From Octopus bimaculoides (taxonomy: Eukaryota), in NCBI RefSeq assembly GCF_001194135.2, contig NC_068986.1:30801735-30865734 (forward strand): a stretch of DNA of 64,000 nucleotides, in the 5' to 3' direction. The translations under genes and the position numbers were made by a program. Below, piece by piece: positions 54,035 to 64,000 of the stretch. A model generated the notes under the pieces. The model saw only the letters and a program-made list of their open reading frames with translations, ran no database searches and was not told the DNA's origin. Positions within the stretch are counted from its first letter, which is position 1; every line of letters begins with the position of its first letter.

Positions 54035-55622
54035 GGGCATTGTATACATAGTTTGTATACATAGATTTATTTTCTTTATTTGACAATAGGTTGTACATTT
54101 TCTGAGAAACCTATCTGCAACAGTTGGGCACAAATATGGGTGTATGGTTAAGAAGTTTGATTTACAACCAATGTGGTTTGGAGTTTAATTCCACTGTACA
54201 GCATCTTGGATAAATGTTTTCTACTATACCAGAATTTCACCATGAACCAGTGAGTGGAATTTGGTCATTGGAGACTACATGGAACCCCCTTTAAATGTGT
54301 GTGTTGCTGTTATCATTCTTGCTAAGTTATAAAATTTAAAGTAAATTCAAAAATGGCCATAAAAATGATGATGATGATGATGATGATGATGATGGTAGTG
54401 GTGTGTATTGCAAAGAATAAAATCATCATATACATTCATCATCATCATCATCATCATCCAGTCAGGGCAAAATAATAACCTGAATAATGGTAAAAAAAAA
54501 AAACCCAAAGTCTAACATCACCTTTTGAACAATGTCAGAGAATGAAGAAAACTGTTGTTTATTTGCTGATTTCTTTACACTTGCAGTTTTTTAAGCTTCA
54601 CCTCACCAACCCCCAACTTTGTATTTAACAAGTAATAAAGTAGTGTTCGTTATATTGTAACTCTATTTCTTATTTACTGTACCTATTTTTATTTGCATAA
54701 TAAATACACTAACAAAGCTTATTCAACAACAGGAAATTCAGAATAATGGCATTTAAAATCCCTAAGGTTGCTATTATTTGTGAAGTTTACTATACTGTGT
54801 TGAGTGTTATTTTACAGCTTCATACAGTTACTAAACAAAATAAGAGGTTAGTTCAATTATATATGTCTAGCCAAAGTAAATGTAATAATTTAAGTATCTC
54901 TATTCAATTGTTATAATGAGGTGAAGATGCTCAACAATAGTATGTGACTTTGCTCTGATCTAAGCAATCAGACAAACATTAAATAGAATTAGAAAGTTTG
55001 GCCTACTAAATAAATTTTACATACATTTTATGCATGCTGTTTTTTCTCTTCTTTTTATTATGGAATGGAAGGACTGGCAGCTATGATGCCATGCAGTTCC
55101 TCTAATTAATCTAGAAAGGTGTGATACTCAGGGGAATTAGGTGCAGGGTATGTTTAGGGAGTTTGTTGTTAGCCAGTAACATCAGTGTAGTTAAGTGGTC
55201 TTCATTCTCTATTAGATTGCAAAAGTTTTCAAAATATAATATTTAATAAGGCCTATGTTCATCACAAGAACAGTGGCTAGTAAAGCCAACCCTATGTTGA
55301 GTAACAACAGTAGGGGTATCTACTGATACTAATGAGGGAACAAAGAAACTGTGGTGAAATGCACTTTGATCTCAGCCACTCAGACGTTTTGTTTGAATTC
55401 TTGTAGATTAGGAAATATGAAAATGTGTGTTTAGCGGGATTTTAAGAAGCATGCAGGGTTTAACAAAGTACAGAAATCTGTAAACAGAGAGCTTTATTTG
55501 ACTAAAAAACAGAATCAAAATATGATGGCCACTTGTAGGTGATAGTATTATTGGCATAGAATAAGCAACTTCCAAGCAGAAGCTTTGAGATAAATGGTGG
55601 CATGGCAAGTATTTTATTGTAA

Positions 55623-55785
55623 TTCAAACTGGCCAGATCTGGCCTCTCACATGCATCCTACAACGTTATTCTATAAAATAAGTGATCACATCTTCAAAAT
55701 CACAAAGCTGTGAGATATGTAATTAATTCAAAACAATGTGAATAAATAAACATTTGACAGAATGATGTGAATGTTTGAGGGTTAA
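55623..55785 (+). mobile_element. piggyBac-like MITE, partial copy 115 bp upstream of LASP exon 3
   Basis: ggccagatctggcctctcac...ttcaaaacaatgtgaataaataaaacatttgacagaatgatgtgaatgtttgaggg-ttaa. Confidence 0.65.
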
Positions 55786-55899
55786 TATATTTTCATGGCT
55801 GAAACAGGTGAATAATTTGTAGATTTGAAGATCATAGCTTTCTTCAGAAACTTACTTATGTTTCTCAGATAATTTTTATGCTTTTCGTTCTTCTCTCAG

Positions 55900-55984
55900 G
55901 CACTATCCTACTACGAAATTTACTTCAGTTGCCGATACTCCCGAAAACAGGAGGATAGCTACAAACACTAAAATTCAAAGCAGT
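55900..55984 (+). CDS. LASP1: Internal coding exon (equivalent to exon 3) of the same LASP-family gene: last LIM zinc ligand plus start of nebulin repeat 1
   Basis: Polypyrimidine acceptor cttttcgttcttctctcag ends at 55899; donor gtaagt at 55985. The 85 nt give G + HYPTTKFTSVADTPENRRIATNTKIQSS. The first G completes the GC|G Ala codon from the upstream exon, giving CVAHYP and the LASP motif VADTPEN. Confidence 0.95.
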
Positions 55985-57199
55985 GTAAGTTGGTTCAGTT
56001 ATTGTTTGTAATTAAATATCTTAATTTCGAATAACACATTAGTTCATAATTTTTTTTTTTTAATAAGAAACTTATCTATGTAATATTAAAGCGTCTTTTT
56101 CAGCTATGTTGTTATTTTTTTTTTTTTAACACACAACTTAGCTTTTAGTTATAGAATTATTAATTGATTTGACCTAAATTGGTAATTTTTTTCTTATTGA
56201 ACAAAAAAAAAAACAAACCAACCTATTTTAAATTATGCTTTCTTAATATAGTTTATTTAGGTCATAAAATGTATAGTATCAATTAGTTGATATTAATTGA
56301 TACTATACATTGCTTTTTTGCTATACATGAATTTTCTTTTTATTGTTTTTATTTTGAATTCTAGAATACTTTAGATACATGAAATTTGTTTCCAATGGTT
56401 CTTGTGTAAATTTATGGTCATGACATANNNNNNNNNNNNNNNNNNNNNNNNNNNNNNNNNNNNNNNNNNNNNNNNNNNNNNNNNNNNNNNNNNNNNNNNN
56501 NNNNNNNNNNNNNNNNNNNNNNNNNNNNNNNNNNNNNNNNNNNNNNNNNNNNNNNNNNNNNNNNNNNNNNNNNNNNNNNNNNNNNNNNNNNNNNNNNNNN
56601 NNNNNNNNNNNNNNNNNNNNNNNNNNNNNNNNNNNNNNNNNNNNNNNNNNNNNNNNNNNNNNNNNNNNNNNNNNNNNNNNNNNNNNNNNNNNNNNNNNNN
56701 NNNNNNNNNNNNNNNNNNNNNNNNNNNNNNNNNNNNNNNNNNNNNNNNNNNNNNNNNNNNNNNNNNNNNNNNNNNNNNNNNNNNNNNNNNNNNNNNNNNN
56801 NNNNNNNNNNNNNNNNNNNNNNNNNNNNNNNNNNNNNNNNNNNNNNNNNNNNNNNNCACACACACACACACACTTTAAATATATGCAGTTAAATTGATTT
56901 AAGGTGTTAGAATTATTATATTTTGCTAGGAAGTTTGTGTACATGTGAGTAGATGATTGAGCTACTAAAAACTGAATATAGTAAATGAAAGTAAGTTAGT
57001 TTTCAACTTTCTTGAATACCACCTAGCTCTCTGGATGTTATATGTCTTTCATATATGTGTGTGTGTATGTATGTATGTGTATATATATATATATATATAT
57101 GAATCTCAGTGTAGCGAATACCTCCTAATTCCTTACAATAGTGAGAAATTAATTTTACTGTCCTTTATTAAAGAGTGAGAATGTTTTAAAACAACATAT

Positions 57200-57510
57200 T
57201 TGTGGCTGTGTGGTAAAAAGCTGGCTTCCCAACCACATGGTTCCAAGTTTTCTACTATAGCTCCAGACTGACCAAAGCCTTGTGAGTGGATTTGGTAGAC
57301 AGAAACTGAAAGAAGTCCATCATATGTATGTACGTGTGTGTGTGTGTGTGTGTCTTTGTTTGTATTTGTCCCCTATCACTGCTTGACAGTTGGTGCTGGT
57401 ATGTTTACATCCTATGACTTAGTGGTTCAGCAAAATAGACTGCTAGAATAAGTACCAGACTTAAAAAATAAGTACTGGGGTCAATTTATTTGACTAAAAC
57501 ATGGTGATGC
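57200..57510 (+). mobile_element. Family A SINE (internally deleted)
   Basis: gtggctgtgtggtaaaaagctggcttcccaaccacatgg...gtgagtggatttggtagacagaaactgaaagaag...aataagtactggggtcaatttatttgactaaa. Confidence 0.8.
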
Positions 57511-59933
57511 CCCAGTAAAAGTTCGCACGCACGCACTCACACACACAGAGAAAAGGATAGAAAAGAAAGAAAAATATATGCTAAAAACCATGTAAAAATT
57601 GAACCTACATTCCTAAATTCATTACCAGCCGTGTATGCATGTTCATTTAGATATGATTGCATACTAATTAGATGAGCTTTAAGCAGTGTTGAATGAAATA
57701 TAGTTTATATAGTTATATTTAACATGTTCATGTAAATTTGGACATGGAGTTTATTTCTTCTTTCAAGATAAATTGTGCAGCATATTGTCTTTCCATGACC
57801 AGCTGCATAAAAAAATATGTTAAATATGACTACATAACTAAATATAATTGCATATATTTAAAAAGCTTTCCACGAGTAAAACTTCCCAAGTTATTTGTTG
57901 AAATGTTTCTTTTCTTCTTTTTCTAAGTTCTATTTTTTGTTGCTTGTCTTCATGAATGAAAGTAATAAAATCTTAATCAAAATTAACGGACTTCTGATAT
58001 AAATACATTGTTCTATTTATTGTTCATATAATTTATGTAGATTAATATTTTTTGTTAATTTCTTGTTCTCCTATGATATTTTTCTCTTTATTATTGTTTT
58101 CTTGGTTTTAAAGAATGAAATTTATTGGGGAGCACATTATTATTTTTGCGTATGTGAGACTTCTTTATTCATCTGTTTCTCATTTTGTATTAATGATTTC
58201 TTTTGATATATTTCTGAATCTGTATTTTCAGAGGAATTTTTATCTCTTCATTTCAATATAATATTTTTAAGAATTGTCCCATGAGTATCTCTATCTTTTT
58301 ACAACCAGTCTGATTGGATCCATCCTCAAAATGCCAACTGCATCAAATTGCAAGTGGAAGTAATTTAGTAATTTCCTCTTGAATAGATCCTTTTATTAAT
58401 TAGGTCCTTCAAATGTCCCAGAAGACACTAGTAATTGACCCCCACTATGTTATTTTCACCTTATATATAGTCTGCGTGTGAAACACTGTCTTTATAAAAC
58501 TTAGTGTTAAATATTCATTCCACGTGTCTTGCTTTTCCCCATTTTTTTTTCTTAACTTAACTTTATTTTATTTTATTCTTTAGGGATTCATAAATTTTAT
58601 GTAATATTCTTTATGTACAATGTAACTTTTTATAAAAGTAGAGGAAGTTTTTGCTTCTAAAATATTTCTAGGGGGTAGATTTTATTCTCTAATTATCTGG
58701 GCATTTTTTTTTTTTTTTTTTTTTTTTNNNNNNNNNNNNNNNNNNNNNNNNNNNNNNNNNNNNNNNNNNNNNNNNNNNNNNNNNNNNNNNNNNNNNNNNN
58801 NNNNNNNNNNNNNNNNNNNNNNNNNNNNNNNNNNNNNNNNNNNNNNNNNNNNNNNNNNNNNNNNNNNNNNNNNNNNNNNNNNNNNNNNNNNNNNNNNNNN
58901 NNNNNNNNNNNNNNNNNNNNNNNNNNNNNNNNNNNNNNNNNNNNNNNNNNNNNNNNNNNNNNNNNNNNNNNNNNNNNNNNNNNNNNNNNNNNNNNNNNNN
59001 NNNNNNNNNNNNNNNNNNNNNNNNNNNNNNNNNNNNNNNNNNNNNNNNNNNNNNNNNNNNNNNNNNNNNNNNNNNNNNNNNNNNNNNNNNNNNNNNNNNN
59101 NNNNNNNNNNNNNNNNNNNNNNNNNNNNNNNNNNNNNNNNNNNNNNNNNNNNNNNNNNNNNNNNNNNNNNNNNNNNNNNNNNNNNNNNNNNNNNNNNNNN
59201 NNNNNNNNNNNNNNNNNNNNNNNNNNNNNNNNNNNNNNNNNNNNNNNNNNNNNNNNNNNNNNNNNNNNNNNNNNNNNNNNNNNNNNNATGTCAGCTTTTA
59301 TGATGGCAAAATCCCTATTTTTTATTTGATGATGAACAAATATTACATTAATGTATTTGTTTTGCAAGGTTCTTGTTGTGAAAGCAAGTGTTGAAACAAA
59401 TATTACTATACTTGGAGATGGTAATATTTTGCCAATTAAACACACACACACACACACACACATGCTATATATTTGATCTATAATGGAAGGAAGGTTTTTA
59501 TGATACTTTTGGGGTATCTCCTTCTTCCATTATAATTATTCTGTTGATTCAAGGAGCTGGAATTACGAAGAATGAAGTTCTCAGGCAGAGTAAATTCAAT
59601 AACCGTTTATTCAGAGGTGCTTATACAAGGGGTTTGCTTTCAGTAGCCATCTTCCCAGCAGTGCATAGTTAGCTTTCTCTCCCATACATGTGAGGTTCAA
59701 TAACCTATGGAGACAATGCATGTGGTATCACATCAGGACAAAAGTCTGCTGTGAGCTCCAGGCTTCGAAGTCTTGCTTGGCGTCAGCATGAAAAGAATGA
59801 GAGGGAAAATGTTGTCTTTTCCTTAAAAAATGGTTGCAGGCGAGATCTCATTTTTATCTCGCATATGGCAATGGTTGCAGGTGAGATTTTGCTGTTTCAG
59901 AATGGCACTGGCTTCTTTGTGCCCTGCTACAAA

Positions 59934-60253
59934 TCTTTACTGCAGCTTTGTTATTTTTGTTTCTTTGTCAAAGCTCTTTTGTCACACACCCTGTGACTTC
60001 TTCAGCAGCAACTCTTTAATCCCACATGTCTCCTCTTGTCCTGCTTAGTCCATTTTCAATGGAAAAGGAACTAAGCTGGATAAGTAGGATAAAGACTCAC
60101 TGAAGAGGTCACAGAATGTGTGATGAAAGAGCGGAAAATGGGCTAAGCAGAACAAGAGGACACGCATGGGATAAAGAGTGACTGAAGAGATCACAGGATG
60201 TGTGACACAAATTTGACAAAGAAACAAAAACAATAATAAAGCTGAAGTAAAGA
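59934..60253. repeat. Long imperfect inverted repeat (arms ~120 bp, spacer ~76 bp)
   Basis: The left arm 59934-60057 is the approximate reverse complement of the right arm 60134-60253, e.g. tttttgtttctttgtcaaa / tttgacaaagaaacaaaaa and cctcttgtcctgcttagtccattttc / gaaaatgggctaagcagaacaagagg. Confidence 0.9.
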
Positions 60254-61633
60254 CGAAACATATAATGCTTATGTTTAATTGGCAAAATATGACCATCTCC
60301 AAGTATAACAGTAGATGAACAAATAAATCGTTATTTTAATTTTTTTTAAAAATGTCATGGGTTGCTATTTAATTAGAAGAGAAAGTAATATATAATTTGC
60401 TAATAGAAACTAGAATCCAAGGTAACAAATGGTGGTCTGATTAAGTTAAAATCAGTTCATAAATTTTTCAAATTTTACAAAAATTCTCTACATTTGAACT
60501 TATTCAAATTTGCTATGCATTTATTGAATCACAATTCTTTCATTTTAAAATCCATTGATTCTTTTAGAGTGGAAGCAGTGGCAGGAAACTTTCAAGATTT
60601 CATTTTTTTACACACTGTTGGAAATACACAATAGTTTCATACATTTGTTTCTAATATTACCATGATTATTCTTTAGATTCAAAAGAAAAAGTTGTATTTA
60701 TTTATTTTATCATTTTTGATGTGTATTTGCAATTTTGTTGTCTCAAATATCTCTTTTTCTGATTTTAAAGTATAAACATTAATACATTTGTCTTCACAGA
60801 AAGTCATTTTTGTTTCAATGGAAACACGATATTTGTGTTTTTAGTAATATTTGTGCTTAAAACCTAAATTTTTCTTGCAGCTGATATAATCAACTCCAGT
60901 TTCATCAGGTCCCTGATTCCCACAGTTTAGTTTAGAGCCATAATAGGGAGAAGAATAATCATTTTTTACAAGCCAAAAATTATTTGCAGTCTGCATCCTT
61001 CCTAAGTATATGCAAATGTTTATACCAAAGTGACATTGTGGTATCATGACCTATTAGAGCTTTAGGAATATATTTATTAGTGCCACTACACAATTGTGTG
61101 TGTGATCTCATGGTATCAATTTCCAGAGTATGATTTAAGATAAACCCAGTCTTAAATCCTATGTTTTCTGAAGGTTACATTCACTTGTTTCAGTGTTCTA
61201 ACATCAATATTTATAATAGAGGGTGGCCCAAAACTTGTGCTACCTATTAATATAGATTGAATGATAGCATGACTTTTGGGCTGCTGTGTATCAGTAATAT
61301 ATGCAAGGCATCAACAGTGTTTTGTATGAAATCTACATATGACAACATTTTCTGTGTTAGAAAATGTCAAAGGTGGATTTAAATAAGAAAAAACAAAATT
61401 AACAAATTGTTTAGGGGTTCTGAGGATTGTTCTATCACTTTTGAAGAATTGGTTGGTTCACGAACTCTATTTTCCTGCACAGTTCACATACATTTTTACA
61501 ATAATGTCTAAATTAAGAAAAGTAGGTGTCAAGGAGGTTCACTCAATTTAGGAGGTTGTATAAACATTTTAAGTTTTTAATTCTTCAGTTTTAAGCAAAG
61601 CTTTCAACCAGTAGATGCCATTAGACAAAACAA

Positions 61634-61936
61634 CATTTGAGTGTGGTTGTTGCCAGTGTCACCAGACTGGCTCCCGTACAGATAGCATGTAAAAAAAACA
61701 CCCTTTGAGCGTGGTTGTTGCCAGAACTGCCTGACTGGCCCTCGTGCCGGTGGCATGTAAAAGCACCCACTACACTCTTGGAGTGGTTAGCGTTAGGAAG
61801 GACATCCAGCTGTAGAAACTTTGCCAGATCTGATTGGAGCCTGGTGCAGCCTTCTGGCTTGCCAGTCCTCAGTCAAACCGTCCAACCCATGCCAGCATGG
61901 AAAGCGGACGTTAAACGACGACGATGATGATGATGA
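61634..61936 (+). mobile_element. RTE LINE 3' UTR fragment with (GAT)n tail
   Basis: ggcatgtaaaagcacccactacactc...caacccatgccagcatggaaagcggacgttaaacgacgacgatgatgatg. Confidence 0.88.
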
Positions 61937-62560
61937 ATAGTAAATGCTTTTGCTACAACTCAGCTGAAAGCAAATCCTTATTCACCCTAAGAAGTTTTTG
62001 CTTTTAAAGTTGGTGATGCATATTTTTGTTCGATATAATCAATTTCAGTACATAACCACCACTAAAATTAAGTAACAACTAGCATAAGAAAGAAGCAGAG
62101 AAAAATAAATTAATTTTACTGATACAAATTCTAATGCAGTTGTGATGCTTCTGCAAATGCTGAAAGGATTTTTTGAGGGAAAGTTTGATATCATTTGCTT
62201 TTATAGATCATCAAATATTTAGGTGTCTGCAAAAATTATCTTGATGAGAGATATCCATTTTAGATTACCTAAAACCTACATTTTTGTGGCTTTTTTTTAA
62301 ATTTATATTTTTACCTCAAAATGTTTGAATCTATAAACAGAGTATTGAAAAGATTTTTGTCATTGAGAATCTTATCAATACAAACAGAAAATATATACAG
62401 AATTAAAATGGGAGTTGATTCTTTCCTACCTTTTATTAGAAATCTGTTCAAATAGTACTATATAGAATCAATGTTTATAGTATATGATGTTAGAATTAAC
62501 CCTGTAACAAAATAATGTTTATATATATATATATATATATATAAATAAACAAATAATAAA

Positions 62561-62753
62561 TGAGTATATGCATATATACGTACATTTATGTACATAGCTA
62601 CATCTACATGTATATATAGATGCATATCTGGGTACAGGACGTTGCAAAAAAAGTGGACAAAATGATAAACAGAATACAGAAAATACACAGGCCACTTAGA
62701 GAGCATTTCCTTTCATCAGCTGCCACCATTCTAAAACTAAATGTTTCGAAGAG

Positions 62754-62756
<3 letters not shown>
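62561..62756 (-). repeat. Second copy of family E repeat
   Basis: gatgcatatctgggtacaggacg...acacaggccac...ttcatcagctgccaccatt...tttcgaagagtta is shared with 53839-54034. Confidence 0.6.
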
Positions 62757-62786
<30 letters not shown>

Positions 62787-63195
62787 GCACATTATTTCTA
62801 GATGTATAAGCATCAAAATAAAACTAAATGGAATTTCATTTCATTTTTTCATTTTCATCTAGTTTCAGCTCATGAGCTGTGGCCATGCTGGAGCACCGCC
62901 ATTTAGTTTCACTTCACAAGATAAAAAATTTTTTTTTCATTTGGCTACTGGATATTTTTTGTATTATATAAATGCAACTATTTGAATTCTCAGTGTTATA
63001 AAATCTTCATAAAAAGACACAATTCATGGTTTAGTCCCAAATGTGACTGCAGAAATCTTCACTCTGAGTATGTTCACTGTTTTAATTACTCATTGATGAT
63101 ACTGAACAACTGATTGTGGTAATATTTGTTGAAAGGCATTATTGTATGGTAACTGCAACCTCCACAAAGTTTTTTTTTATCAAAAGTATTGTTGT

Positions 63196-63330
63196 ATCCT
63201 TTAGCATTCAGATTACACTGTCAAATGTAATGCTCAATTGTTCATATTGTTTTGAATTAATCATGCTGTATGAGATTTTGATGATGTGATTGTTTTCAGA
63301 ATGACATTGTAGGGTGGGTGTGAGAGGCCA
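63196..63330 (-). mobile_element. piggyBac-like MITE, partial copy
   Basis: cctttagcattcagattacactgtcaaatgtaatgc...gacattgtagggtgggtgtgagaggcca. Confidence 0.65.
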
Positions 63331-64000
63331 ACACAGCCTTGTGAATGCAGATATTATGAATGAATCCTTCATATGCAATATTCTGTTTTTAACATTCAGT
63401 TCTTGTGTACGACTTTAATTAGCTGAACATCCCATCTCCTTTGTATGTATGTATGTGTGATTTTGTTATTTATTACATGCAAATGGCAGGATAGGTGCTG
63501 AAAAATGCCTGCATTAAAATTTCAAATCCCATTGAGGCTGATTACGCCATTCTTTTATGCCTTTGTTTTTGAGATGAATTATTACTGTAACAATAGAGGT
63601 TCATCACATTATTGTCAATTTTCTATTTCTATCTACACCAAGCTTCACGTGCTATATTCTTCAATCATTTTTAGGTGCCAAACTCTACATATAACCCAAA
63701 GTGTGTTTGCTCATAGACTAAAATATGCTTTCAGTAGAGAGGTAAAAGATAAGGTTTATAATCTGATCAACCTATAATACTCCAATTTAAAAAGAAAATG
63801 ATACTGTCTTATCATTGATATTTTGGTCACATATTTTATACAACTTTGTTATATATGCATTAAAATTAGATCATTAAATCAGTCAAATAGTTGAATTGTA
63901 TTTAAATGAAATCAATACTAATTTTCTCTTTGTTTCTAATTTTCAATGCTCTTTCTGATGAAACTTTGTCAAAACTTTCTGGCTATAAAGCAAATCAAAT

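Noticed and set aside
55090-55330. Possible additional decayed LINE fragment
   Set aside because: Only vague RT-like similarity; no motif could be anchored.

Overview
AT-rich, repeat-dense eukaryotic genomic DNA from a draft scaffold with nine N-gaps. The SINE/LINE repertoire and microsatellite load point to a coleoid cephalopod, probably Octopus (inference). The only host coding sequence I can support is two + strand exons (38116-38210 and 55900-55984), missed by the ORF track. They splice in frame into the second two-thirds of a LIM domain plus the first nebulin repeat of a LASP (LIM and SH3 protein) gene. The first coding exon and exons 4 onward were not found, so the whole window is probably intronic LASP sequence plus these two exons. 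The rest is transposon debris: a young and an old RTE LINE lineage, decayed CR1/L2-like fragments, three tRNA-derived SINE families (one with two alternative tails), a TTAA-flanked piggyBac-like MITE, a hAT-like MITE, unclassified repeats and microsatellites. Notable structures are a ~120-bp-arm inverted repeat downstream of exon 3, several nested insertions, and two duplications across 10-N gaps that look like assembly artefacts. I found no convincing new biological system; the findings are modest hypotheses. Repeat boundaries are approximate (about +/-10 bp).
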